64,000 nt of DNA. It comes from Roseateles sp. Lineage in GTDB: Bacteria > Pseudomonadota > Gammaproteobacteria > Burkholderiales > Burkholderiaceae_C. This document shows positions 47,881 through 63,494 of the stretch, one piece after another. Location of the stretch: NCBI GenBank assembly GCA_015657635.1, contig JACDQM010000034.1:9925-73924 (forward strand). The letters run 5' to 3'. Position 1 is the stretch's first letter; every line of letters begins with the position of its first letter. The position numbers and the translations under genes were made by a program. The notes below the pieces were generated by a model. That model ran no database searches. It was given only the letters and a program-made list of their open reading frames with translations, and had not been told where the DNA came from.

Positions 47881-48804
47881 ATGGCCTCCAGCCTGCTTGC
47901 CCTGCTCGACGACATCACCACGGTGCTGGACGATGTCGCGGTGCTCAGCAAAGTCGCCGCCAAGAAGACCAGCGGGGTGCTGGGCGACGATCTGGCCCTC
48001 AATGCCCAGCAGGTCAGTGGCGTCAGTGCCGATCGGGAGTTGCCCGTTGTCTGGGCGGTCGCCAAGGGCTCGCTGCTGAACAAGGCCATCCTGGTTCCGG
48101 CAGCGCTGCTGATCAGCGCCATCGCACCCTGGGCCATCACGCCGCTGCTGATGCTGGGCGGCGCCTTCCTGTGCTTCGAGGGCTTCGAGAAGCTGGCGCA
48201 CAAGTTCCTGCATCGCGCCGAGCAGATCGAAGCTGAGCGCCAGGCGCTGAGCCAGGCGGTTGCGGACCCGGCGGTCGATCTGGTCGCCTTCGAGCGCGAC
48301 AAGATCCGCGGCGCCGTGCGCACCGACTTCATCCTGTCGGCCGAGATCATTGCGATCACCTTGGGCACCGTGGCCGACAGCAACTTCATGACCCGCCTGC
48401 TCGTGCTGTCCGGCATGGCCCTGGTGATGACGGTCGGCGTCTACGGCTTCGTCGCCGGCATCGTCAAGCTTGATGACCTGGGCCTGTACTTGAGCCGCCA
48501 GCGCAGCGCGCTGCAGCAGCGCATCGGCCGCGCCGTGCTGGCGGCTGCACCCTGGTTGATGAAGGCGCTTTCAGTGCTCGGCACCGCGGCGATGTTCCTG
48601 GTCGGCGGCGGCATCCTGACGCATGGCCTGCCCATGCTTCACGAGCTCATCGTCCAGCTGAGCGCCGGCATCGGCACGGGCCTGCTGAAGGACCTGTTCG
48701 CGCTGCTGGCCGACGCCGTCACCGGCATCGTGGCGGGTGCGCTGTGTCTGCTTGGGGTCAAGGCCGTCACCAAGCTCTGGCGCCTGGCCAAGCCGGCCTC
48801 CTGA
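47881..48804 (+). CDS. DUF808 / YedI family inner membrane protein
   Basis: LLALLDDI..LDDV, KKTSGVLGDDLALNAQQV, RELPVVWAVAKGS and RTDFILSAEI motifs. Confidence 0.9.
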   Translation: MASSLLALLDDITTVLDDVAVLSKVAAKKTSGVLGDDLALNAQQVSGVSADRELPVVWAVAKGSLLNKAILVPAALLISAIAPWAITPLLMLGGAFLCFEGFEKLAHKFLHRAEQIEAERQALSQAVADPAVDLVAFERDKIRGAVRTDFILSAEIIAITLGTVADSNFMTRLLVLSGMALVMTVGVYGFVAGIVKLDDLGLYLSRQRSALQQRIGRAVLAAAPWLMKALSVLGTAAMFLVGGGILTHGLPMLHELIVQLSAGIGTGLLKDLFALLADAVTGIVAGALCLLGVKAVTKLWRLAKPAS

Positions 48805-49722
<918 letters not shown>

Positions 49723-49790
49723 TGATTCTTGGCCTAGCCATCCTACCCACGCCGCCCGCCTGCTACGCTTGCTTCTTTGCACGTCAGACC

Positions 49791-50033
49791 ATGAAGACCC
49801 ACCAGATCGAGATCCAGAAGTTCAAGGCCGCCGCCAACTCGCCGCATGGCGAGGTGATGTTCAAGGTCGATGTGCTCGCCAGCGCCCGAGCGGCGTCGCC
49901 CGACGACGTGTCGCCCAGCTCCTTGCTCATCATGAACGAGGCCAATGCCCGCGTGCTGATGGTCCTGCTGAAGAAGCAGCTGGCCGAGTTCGACGCCAAG
50001 AAACCCAAGAGCCGCCACGGCCGCCCCGGCTGA
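49791..50033 (+). CDS. Small hypothetical protein
   Basis: 80-aa ORF MKTHQIEIQKFK...KKPKSRHGRPG with strongly host-like codon usage. Confidence 0.65.
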   Translation: MKTHQIEIQKFKAAANSPHGEVMFKVDVLASARAASPDDVSPSSLLIMNEANARVLMVLLKKQLAEFDAKKPKSRHGRPG

Positions 50034-50059
50034 GTAACCAGCACACCGAACCCAAGACC

Positions 50060-50676
50060 ATGGAATATCCCAGCTACAACCCCGGCTCCGACAACCTGCC
50101 GCTCTCTGACGAAGAGCTGGAGGGTCTGGACCGGCAGCTGAACGCCTTGCCAGGCGACGCTGCAATGAACATCGAAGCGCTCGACGGCTACCTGACCGGT
50201 CTGCTGCTGAGCCCTCGCCCCCTGGCCGAACGGCCGGCCGCGACTGGCTGCCCGCTGTGTGGGGCGACGACGGCGATGACGGCGCGCCCTTCACCAGTGG
50301 CAAGCAGCGCAAGAAGCTGGTGCTGCTGGTGCTGCGCCATCTGCACAGCATTGCCTGCCTGCTGCGCGACCGGCCCGATGGCTGGCAGCCGATCTTCAGC
50401 ATCGCTGAACAGGCCGACGGCGAAGAGCTGACCGATGCGGAAGACTGGTGCATCGGCTTCATGCAGGCTGCCGATCTGGACAGCGAGGGCTGGGCGCCTC
50501 GCTTCGAGGACCCGGTGCTGGCTGAAGTCCTGAAGCCCATCGTGAGCCTGGGGGGCGATGAAAGCCTGCTCGATGACGAGGCCCGCGAACAACTCGCCGA
50601 CATCGTCGCCCGCGACGGGCTGAGCCGCAGCGTGCCGGACGCCGTTCTGGCCTTGTGGGGCACAAGGCTGCACTGA
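50060..50676 (+). CDS. UPF0149/YecA-family protein; apparent single-base deletion near 50240
   Basis: PLSDEELEGLD..L..AMNIEALDGYLTGLLLSP continues, after restoring one base, as DWLPAVWG...EDWCIGFMQA. Confidence 0.82.
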
Positions 50677-50682
50677 GCCGCG

Positions 50683-50801
50683 GGATGGTTCCGGACGAGA
50701 GCCCTCACGCGAGCCGGCCCAGGCGGAAGCCGGCCGCTGCACAGGGCTCTTTGCGTCCACTCAGGGCCAGCCCCTAGCACAGAAGCAGGACGGAACCATC
50801 C
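50683..50801. other. Candidate structured non-coding element (multi-stem palindrome)
   Basis: Perfect 11-bp closing inverted repeat GGATGGTTCCG/CGGAACCATCC enclosing a long imperfect hairpin. Confidence 0.45.
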
Positions 50802-50859
50802 ATTCCAGTTACTATTGGCGCGCAATTCTGGTGTCAGCGTCGCCTGCACCCGATCCGCC

Positions 50860-51171
50860 ATGATCGCCAAAATTTTTGCCAGCTTCGGCCTGTTGATCTG
50901 CCTCGCGCTGGCCCTGCACATGTGCCTGGGTCGGCGTCAGCAATTGAAGCTTGAAGAACAGGCGAGCCGGATCATGGCTTGGTTTGTCTCCGTGACAAGC
51001 CGTCGCCTCGACCGTCGTGAGCGTCGGCTGGCTGCCCATCAGGCGGCCATGGACGCCATCAAGCGGGCCCAGCGCTCCAGTCATACGGAGCCCGCCCCGC
51101 TGGACGGAAGCTGGGAGGGCAATGTCTACCGGCCCAAGCGCTTCGAGCAGCCACCGCAGAAGCCGCATTGA
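50860..51171 (+). CDS. Small membrane-anchored hypothetical protein
   Basis: N-terminal hydrophobic segment, basic middle, and WEGNVYRPKRF..PQKPH tail. Confidence 0.65.
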   Translation: MIAKIFASFGLLICLALALHMCLGRRQQLKLEEQASRIMAWFVSVTSRRLDRRERRLAAHQAAMDAIKRAQRSSHTEPAPLDGSWEGNVYRPKRFEQPPQKPH

Positions 51172-51197
51172 GCGCGCCCCATCCGGGCCTGCTTTTT

Positions 51198-52028
51198 TCA
51201 AACCACCAGCGCAGAATCGATGGCCTGCAGCGCCGCCAAGGCGCCCATGGCCAAGCCCAGATCGTCACTCAGGGGCACCGCTGACTCACGCGGATTGATG
51301 CGCAGCAGGCGCCCGCCGCACTCGCTGACCACGCCCTGGCCGAAGTGGCGCACCGACGGCACGGTCGTACCCGCGCCCAGCTCGATGAACAGCGGCTTGC
51401 GCGCCCGCCCCAGCCGCTGCAGCAGCGACTGCGCCTGCGCCTGCATACGCGCCTCGACCCAAGCGCCGTCACTGAACATCAGCACATTGGGCCGCGCCAG
51501 CGCGCCGCAGTGCGGACAGCGGGGCAGCTCGTTCAACAGCGCGCAGCGCGGCTCGTCGATCTCGGGCTCGAACCCGTCGGCAGGCCAGACCGCCTCGCTG
51601 CAGGGCCGCGTGCACTGCAGATGCATCAGCGAGCCATGGCACTCCCAGATCGCGCCATCGTCAAAACCGGCGCGCTGAAACTGCCCATCCACATTGCTGG
51701 TGTAGACCAGGGCACCCAACGCGCTGCGCGCACCCCAGCGGGCCAGAATCTCGAAGCCGGCATGGGGTCGCGTCTTGCGGTACAGGTTCAGGCGGTGGCC
51801 GTAGAAGCCCCAGGCCTCGCGCGGCGCCTCGGCAAAGCGGCGCGGATTGGCCGCCGCGTAGAAGTCGATGCCCGCCTTCGCCAGCGCCGGATAGGCGCGC
51901 CAGAAGCCCTCGCCGCCACGGAAGTCCGGCAGGCCCGAGTCCACACCCATGCCCGCGCCGGCGCCGATCACCAGCAGGTCGGCCTGCTCGATCAGTTCGA
52001 GCGCATGCTGCAGCTGAGCCTCGTCCAT
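51198..52028 (-). CDS. Sir2/sirtuin family NAD-dependent deacylase
   Basis: GAGAGMGVDSGLPDFRG, TSNVDGQF, ECHGS, zinc Cys pairs (CTRPC, CPHCG), RPNVLMF and LRINP motifs. Confidence 0.9.
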   Translation of the reverse strand: MDEAQLQHALELIEQADLLVIGAGAGMGVDSGLPDFRGGEGFWRAYPALAKAGIDFYAAANPRRFAEAPREAWGFYGHRLNLYRKTRPHAGFEILARWGARSALGALVYTSNVDGQFQRAGFDDGAIWECHGSLMHLQCTRPCSEAVWPADGFEPEIDEPRCALLNELPRCPHCGALARPNVLMFSDGAWVEARMQAQAQSLLQRLGRARKPLFIELGAGTTVPSVRHFGQGVVSECGGRLLRINPRESAVPLSDDLGLAMGALAALQAIDSALVV

Positions 52029-52035
52029 GGTGGGG

Positions 52036-57684
<5,649 letters not shown>

Positions 57685-58047
57685 GGGGGACACACCTTCT
57701 CTGGCAGGGAGCACGGATTCTAGAGAGGCGCCGTGTCAAAGACTGTCAGTAGCACCGTTTGCGGCTGTCAATGCCCGCCGAGGAGGGGACGAGCAAGCAT
57801 TGCGCTCCGCAACGCGACAGGCAACAATTGACCCCAGATCGGCATCTCCTCCCAAAACTCTGTTTCAACACAGGGCTTTTGCGCTGATCGCCTGAGAGAC
57901 GGGAAGGCTGACAAGCCACCAGGTCAGCAGGGATGGGCTGAGAACAGCGTGCACGAACGCAGCTCAGCCCAGGTCGACAGCTGTCCTGCATGCACAGGCG
58001 CGCGACACGGGAATCAGCGCTAGGTTTGGTGAAGTCAAGGCATTCAT

Positions 58048-58554
58048 ATGAATTCTGCAAGTCACGATATCCGTCAGCCAGCTTTGTCGGTGCAGAAAGG
58101 CCATCCGGGTTCCGGCGCGCCGGGCGCCGATGCGCTCGGCGGCACGCAGCCGGATGCCAGCGGCCGCAAGCCCGTCGTGTTGCTGGTGGAAGACAACCAC
58201 ATCAATCAAGTCGTCGCCCTGGAGTTCCTGGCCTTGATGGGCGTGGACAGCCGGCTGGCCAAGAACGGGCTCGAAGCCTTGGCTGCCTGCCAGGAAGCTG
58301 CCCCTGATCTGGTTTTGATGGACATCCAGATGCCCGGCATGGACGGGCTCGAATGCGCGCGCCGCATGCGCCAGCTGCAGAGCGAAGGCACGCTGCCGCC
58401 CTTCCCCATCCTGGCCCTGACCGCCCACGCGCTGGAGAGCGATATCGTCGCCAGCTCCGACGCCGGCATGGACGAGCACCTGACCAAGCCGCTGGACTTT
58501 GCGGCCTTGCGTGGCCGGCTCGATTGCTGGCTCAAGCTGCCGGGCGTGAACTAG
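58048..58554 (+). CDS. Stand-alone response regulator receiver protein
   Basis: LLVEDNHINQ, LMDIQMPGMDG, LTAHA and KP motifs. Start uncertain. Confidence 0.85.
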   Translation: MNSASHDIRQPALSVQKGHPGSGAPGADALGGTQPDASGRKPVVLLVEDNHINQVVALEFLALMGVDSRLAKNGLEALAACQEAAPDLVLMDIQMPGMDGLECARRMRQLQSEGTLPPFPILALTAHALESDIVASSDAGMDEHLTKPLDFAALRGRLDCWLKLPGVN

Positions 58555-58677
58555 GGCCTGCTGACACGACGCCAACAGGCTCCAAAGCGACGAACGCTGC
58601 GCGAATCGCACGGCTGCGGGACTACCCGCATGTGAAACCGTTGGCGCGGGTTGGAACATAGCTGGCCCAGATCGCCT

Positions 58678-59985
58678 ATGTTCGACGAACTCCGCCAAGC
58701 CTCCGAACGACGCCAGTTGCTGCGCCAGTTGCGCCGCGTGCTGCTGGCCGCCCGGCGTCTGCTGTCTGAGCGCGGCGAAGCCAATAGCGTCCACCTGGCC
58801 GGCGAGCTGATCGGCCTGATCGACGCGCTGCCGGCCGAAGGCCTGCAGCTGCTGTTCGAGCACCTGGCGCTGGACTTCAACCCCGATCCGCAGGCCGTGC
58901 TGGCCGCGGCGCAGGCCTATGCCGACACACCCGGGGCGGCCCAGTTGCAGGCGCTGCTGCGCGCCAGCGAGCCGCCGCGGCAGGAGCTGTTCCGCCGCCT
59001 GAACCGCACCCCCGGCGCCACCGGCGTGCTGGTGCGCCTGCGGCGCAGCCTGCTGGCCGGCCTGGCCCAGCATCCGCACTGGCACAGCGTCGAGGCTGAC
59101 CTGCTGCACCTGTTCGGCTCCTGGTTCAACCCGGGTTTCTTGCAGATGCGCCAGGTCGACTGGAATTCGCCCGCCCAGCTGCTGGAGAAGATCATTCGCC
59201 ACGAGGCCGTGCATGCGATTGACGGCTGGGACGATCTGCGCCGGCGCCTGCAGCCGGACCGCCGCCTGTTCGCCTTCTTCCACCCGCAACTGCCCGAGGA
59301 GCCGCTGATCTTTGTCGAGGTCGCGCTGGCGGACCAGATGCCTGCCGCCATCGCGCCCCTGATCGACAAGCAGGCACCGGTGGCCGCGGCTGAGCGCTCC
59401 AGGGTGGCGGCCTTCTACTCGATCAGCAATTGCGAACCCGGCTTGAAGGGCGTCTCGCTGGGCAACTTCCTGATCAAGCGCGTGGCCGAGCAGCTGCAGC
59501 GCGAGCTGCCGCGGCTCAAGACCTTCTGCACGCTGTCGCCGATTCCCGGTTTCGCCGCCTGGCTGCAATCCAGCCCGGCGCTGGACGAGAGCCTGGGCCT
59601 GAAGAAACCGGCGCTGGAGCGCGCCCGTCAGGCCTTGCAGACCCTGCTGGAGGCCAGCCAGGGCGATCTCGGCCGGCTCAGCCAGAGCGCGGGCCTTGCC
59701 AAACTGGACGATCAGACCCGCGAGTCCCTGCAACGCCTGTGCGCCGTCTACCTGGTCGCCCAGACGCCCCGGCCCGGCGGCGATCCGGTGGCGCGCTTCC
59801 ATCTGGACAACGGGGCCCGGCTTGAGCGCCTCAATCTCGACGGCAACCCCAGCGGCAAGGGCTTGCGCCAGAGCTGCGGCATGATGGTCAACTACCTCTA
59901 CGATCTCGACCGCATCGAGACGCACCATGAGGCTTTCATCGCCGGCGAAGTCGCCTGCTCGCGCGCCGTCACCGCTCTGCTTTGA
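58678..59985 (+). CDS. matA: Malonyl-CoA decarboxylase (MatA-like)
   Basis: SWFNPGFL, EAVHAI..WDDLRRRL, PLIFVEVAL, FYSISN, GNFLIK, TLSPIPGF, DPVARFHLDNGA and MVNY motifs. Confidence 0.92.
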   Translation: MFDELRQASERRQLLRQLRRVLLAARRLLSERGEANSVHLAGELIGLIDALPAEGLQLLFEHLALDFNPDPQAVLAAAQAYADTPGAAQLQALLRASEPPRQELFRRLNRTPGATGVLVRLRRSLLAGLAQHPHWHSVEADLLHLFGSWFNPGFLQMRQVDWNSPAQLLEKIIRHEAVHAIDGWDDLRRRLQPDRRLFAFFHPQLPEEPLIFVEVALADQMPAAIAPLIDKQAPVAAAERSRVAAFYSISNCEPGLKGVSLGNFLIKRVAEQLQRELPRLKTFCTLSPIPGFAAWLQSSPALDESLGLKKPALERARQALQTLLEASQGDLGRLSQSAGLAKLDDQTRESLQRLCAVYLVAQTPRPGGDPVARFHLDNGARLERLNLDGNPSGKGLRQSCGMMVNYLYDLDRIETHHEAFIAGEVACSRAVTALL

Positions 59986-60037
59986 ACCTTCTCAATACAA
60001 CAGGCCGGACACCGGCCCTCACTGGAGACAAACCAAG

Positions 60038-61024
60038 ATGAACCGCAATGTCACTTTGTCGCGCCGCTCGGCCCTGGCGGCCGCAGCCGCCGTGCTGGCT
60101 TTGCCCTTGCTGGCCCAGGCCCAGGCCTGGCCGGCCAAGCCCGTCACCGTCGTCGTGCCCTTCCCGGCCGGTGGCGGCACCGATGCCTTTGCGCGCCCGC
60201 TGACCGCCGCCTTGACCAAGGCCACCGGCAAGCAGTTCATCATCGACAACAAGGGCGGCGCTGGCGGCACCGTGGGCGCCAGCATCGCCGCCAAGGCCGC
60301 GCCGGACGGCTACACCTTCTTCATGGGCGCAGTGCACCACGCCATCGCGCCCTCGATGTATCCCAAGCTGGACTACAAGCTGGAGACCGACTTCATCCCA
60401 GTCGCGCTGGTGTCCAGCGTGCCCCAGGTCATCGTCGTGAACCCGGCCCGGGTGCAAGCCACCGACCTGAAGGGCCTGCTCGAATTCATCCGCAAGAATC
60501 CCGGCAAGCTGAACTACGGCTCGGCCGGCAACGGCACCTCGCACCATCTGGCGGGCGAGTTGTTCAAGCTGCAGACCCAGACCTTCATCACCCACATCCC
60601 CTACCGCGGCGCCGGCCCGGCCCTGCAGGACCTGATCGCCGGCCAGGTGGATCTGATGTTCGACGGCCTGGGCAGCTCGGCCGCCCACATCAAGGGGGGG
60701 CGCATCAAGGCCATCGCAGTGGCAGCCAACAAGCGCGCGCCGGGCTTCGCCGACGTGCCCACCAGCGTCGAAGGCGGCGTGCCCAGCTATCAGGTCGCCA
60801 CCTGGTATGGCCTGTGGGCGCCCAAGGGCACACCCAAGGAAGCGGTTGCCGCAATGCAGGCCGAGCTGCGCAAGGCCTTCGCGCAGGACGACATCAAGGC
60901 CAGCTGGACCAGCCTGGGCACCGAGGTGCCGAATATGTACGGCGATGCCTTCGGCCAGTTCGTCTCCAGCGAAATCAAGCGCTGGGCCGAAGTGGTGAAG
61001 AAGTCCGGAGCCAAACTCGACTGA
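60038..61024 (+). CDS. Tripartite tricarboxylate transporter substrate-binding protein (Bug/TctC family)
   Basis: Leader with RR; VPFPAGGGTD, NKGGAGG, PDGYT, YGSAGNG and PYRGAGPA motifs. Confidence 0.92.
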   Translation: MNRNVTLSRRSALAAAAAVLALPLLAQAQAWPAKPVTVVVPFPAGGGTDAFARPLTAALTKATGKQFIIDNKGGAGGTVGASIAAKAAPDGYTFFMGAVHHAIAPSMYPKLDYKLETDFIPVALVSSVPQVIVVNPARVQATDLKGLLEFIRKNPGKLNYGSAGNGTSHHLAGELFKLQTQTFITHIPYRGAGPALQDLIAGQVDLMFDGLGSSAAHIKGGRIKAIAVAANKRAPGFADVPTSVEGGVPSYQVATWYGLWAPKGTPKEAVAAMQAELRKAFAQDDIKASWTSLGTEVPNMYGDAFGQFVSSEIKRWAEVVKKSGAKLD

Positions 61025-61039
61025 TAGATACCTATCCCA

Positions 61040-62578
61040 ATGAAGAGCACCAACGCCAATCTGTTCGCCGCGCTGCGCGCGGCCTTCCCCGCCGATCTGG
61101 ACGCCACCGCCATCGAATGTGCCGATGGCGAGCGTCTGCGCTACAGCTGGCGCGACATCGAGCGCGCCACTGCGATGCTGGCCAATCTGCTGGTCTCGCT
61201 GGACCTGCCCGCAGGCAGCCGCATCGCCGTGCAGACCGAGAAAAGCGTCGAAGCGCTGATGCTCTACCTGGCCGTGCTGCGCGCCGGTTATGTCTATCTG
61301 CCGCTCAACACCGCCTACCAGGCCGCCGAGATCGAATACTTTATCGGCAATGCCGAGCCGGCCGTCATGGTCTGCCCGAGCAAGAGCTTCGGCTGGATCA
61401 GCAAGATCGCCTTCACCGCCGGCACGCAGTATGTGTTCACGCTCAACGAGGATCGCAGCGGTACGCTGCTGGACCGCGCCGCGCACATGAGCGACCAGCA
61501 TGAAGTGGCGCACAAGACGGCTGACGAGATGGCCGCCATCCTCTACACCAGCGGCACCACCGGGCGCAGCAAGGGCGCGATGCTGTCGCACGGCAATATG
61601 CTCAGCAATGCGCAGACGCTGAAGGACTACTGGGGCTGGAAAAAAGGCGACGTGCTGATCCACGCGCTGCCGATCTTCCATGTGCACGGCCTGTTCGTGG
61701 CCTCGCATGGCGCGCTGCTGAACGGCAGCCAGATGATCTGGTTCAGCAAGTTCGACCCCAAAGCGGTGATCGCGCGCCTGCCCGACGCCACGCTGTTCAT
61801 GGGCGTGCCCACGCTCTATGTGCGCATGCTGGCCGAGCCGGCGCTGGACAAGAACGCCTGCCGCCATATGCGCCTCTTCATCAGCGGCTCGGCGCCGCTG
61901 CTGATCGAGACCTTCCGCGACTGGCAGACGCGCACCGGCCACACCATTCTTGAGCGCTACGGCATGAGCGAGACGGTGATGCTGACCTCCAACCCCTACC
62001 GCCCCGCTGACGGCGAACGCCGCGGCGGCACGGTCGGCCATGCGCTGCCCGGCGTGGGCGTGCGCGTGCAGGACGACAAGGGCGCGCCCTGCCCCACCGG
62101 CGAGATCGGCAATATCGAGGTCAAGGGCCCGAACGTGTTCGCCGGCTACTGGCGCATGCCGGAGAAGACCAAGGAAGAGTTCACCGCCGACGGCTGGTTC
62201 AAGACCGGCGACGTCGGCCGCGTGGACGAGCTGGGCTACTTCACCATCGTCGGGCGCAGCAAGGACCTGATCATCTCCGGCGGCTACAACGTCTATCCGG
62301 CCGAGATCGAGGGCACGCTGAACGACATGCCCGGCATTGCCGAATCGGCGGTGATCGGCGTGCCGCACCGCGACTTTGGCGAGGCCGTGGTGGCGGTGTT
62401 GGTGGCCAAACCCGGCGCCACGCTGGACGGCGATGCCATCGTCTCGCAGCTCAAGCGCCAGATCGCCAACTTCAAGGTACCCAAGAAGGTCTTCGTCGTC
62501 GCCGAGCTGCCGCGCAACACCATGGGCAAGGTGCAGAAGAACCTGCTGCGCGAGCAGCACAAGGCCTTGTTCGCATGA
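61040..62578 (+). CDS. matB: Malonyl-CoA synthetase (malonate--CoA ligase)
   Basis: YTSGTTGRSKGAM, LPIFHVHGLF, ERYGMSET and PRNTMGKVQK motifs; adjacent to malonyl-CoA decarboxylase. Confidence 0.9.
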   Translation: MKSTNANLFAALRAAFPADLDATAIECADGERLRYSWRDIERATAMLANLLVSLDLPAGSRIAVQTEKSVEALMLYLAVLRAGYVYLPLNTAYQAAEIEYFIGNAEPAVMVCPSKSFGWISKIAFTAGTQYVFTLNEDRSGTLLDRAAHMSDQHEVAHKTADEMAAILYTSGTTGRSKGAMLSHGNMLSNAQTLKDYWGWKKGDVLIHALPIFHVHGLFVASHGALLNGSQMIWFSKFDPKAVIARLPDATLFMGVPTLYVRMLAEPALDKNACRHMRLFISGSAPLLIETFRDWQTRTGHTILERYGMSETVMLTSNPYRPADGERRGGTVGHALPGVGVRVQDDKGAPCPTGEIGNIEVKGPNVFAGYWRMPEKTKEEFTADGWFKTGDVGRVDELGYFTIVGRSKDLIISGGYNVYPAEIEGTLNDMPGIAESAVIGVPHRDFGEAVVAVLVAKPGATLDGDAIVSQLKRQIANFKVPKKVFVVAELPRNTMGKVQKNLLREQHKALFA

Positions 62579-62790
62579 GCGAAGAAGAAGCGCGCGCTGA
62601 CGTGAACAGCCGCTGCCCGCGCTGCGGCGGCGGCTTTCACTGCGGTGCAGCCGAGGCGCGCTGCGACTGCTTCGAACTGCGCTTGAGCGACGCCCAGCGC
62701 CAGCAATTCAGCCGCGATTACAACGGCTGCCTGTGCCTCAAGTGCCTCAGGGAGCTGCAGGCCAGGCCGCGCGACCCACAGACTGACTGA
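62575..62790 (+). CDS. Cysteine-rich CWC-family small protein
   Basis: CPRCGGGFHCG...CDC...YNGCLCLKCL; ATGA overlap with matB. Confidence 0.8.
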   Translation: MSEEEARADVNSRCPRCGGGFHCGAAEARCDCFELRLSDAQRQQFSRDYNGCLCLKCLRELQARPRDPQTD

Positions 62791-62933
62791 CCCCTCCAAA
62801 GGGTGTGACGCCCGGAACACAAGCACCGTGCTGACGCCGTGGATGCGCGCAGACAATGCGCTGCCTCAGCGCGGCAATCTGCCGCGCGGAACACAGCCAC
62901 TCTCGGCACAACAATTACGGAGGGAACCCCATC

Positions 62934-63434
62934 ATGAAGAAGACCATCCTGGCGCTGGCGCTGCTCGGCGCAGCCATCGGCGCACAAGCCGCCGACATTT
63001 ACGTTGGCGCCGATGTTGGCCGCTCGCGCATCAGCGCCGATGGCATCAAGGTCAACGGCACCGGCGGAGCGCTGTACCTGGGCTATCAGCTGAGCCCCGG
63101 CCTGGCGCTCGAAACCGGCTACCGCAGCCTGGGCAGCGACACGGTCACGTTCAGCGGCTACAAGGTCAAAGTCAGCGGCAACGCTGTACAGCTGAGCCTG
63201 CTGGCCAGCCTGCCCTTGAGCGGCGACCTCAGCGGCTATGGCCGCGTCGGCGTGAACCGTCTGGAAGCCAAGGCCAGCCTCTCCGGCGCGAGCGCGGAGG
63301 AAAGCTCAACCAAGGCCCTGTTCGGCCTGGGTCTGCGCTATGCCGTCAGCCAACAAGTCGGCTTGCGCCTGGAATGGCAGAAGCCCTCCAGCGACAGCCA
63401 GGTGCTGAGCCTGGGCGCCGACCTGCGCTTCTAA
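62934..63434 (+). CDS. OmpA-like 8-stranded outer membrane beta-barrel protein
   Basis: Signal peptide MKKTILALALLGAAIGAQA; YVGADVG, LGYQL..LALETGY..LG motifs; C-terminal LRF. Confidence 0.85.
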   Translation: MKKTILALALLGAAIGAQAADIYVGADVGRSRISADGIKVNGTGGALYLGYQLSPGLALETGYRSLGSDTVTFSGYKVKVSGNAVQLSLLASLPLSGDLSGYGRVGVNRLEAKASLSGASAEESSTKALFGLGLRYAVSQQVGLRLEWQKPSSDSQVLSLGADLRF

Positions 63435-63494
63435 GAGAGCGCTCTCCCGCGCGCCGCACCAGAGTACCGCTCGCGGCGCGCTTGGCGCGCGCGC

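Noticed and set aside
51198..52028. Sir2 as an anti-phage defence effector (Thoeris/DSR/Sir2-HerA type)
   Set aside because: It is a short classical zinc-binding sirtuin with no TIR, HerA, pAgo or other defence partner, and it is not in a defence-island context.
57860..57997. Possible LexA/SOS boxes upstream of uvrA (CTGT-ttcaac-ACAG at 57860-57873; CTGT-cctgcatgc-ACAG at 57981-57997)
   Set aside because: Spacers are 6 and 9 nt, not the 8 nt required for CTGT-N8-ACAG.
58551..58567. CTAGGGCCTGCTGACAC, resembling a MITE/IS terminal repeat
   Set aside because: No matching inverted partner or target duplication was found nearby, and the resemblance is from memory only.
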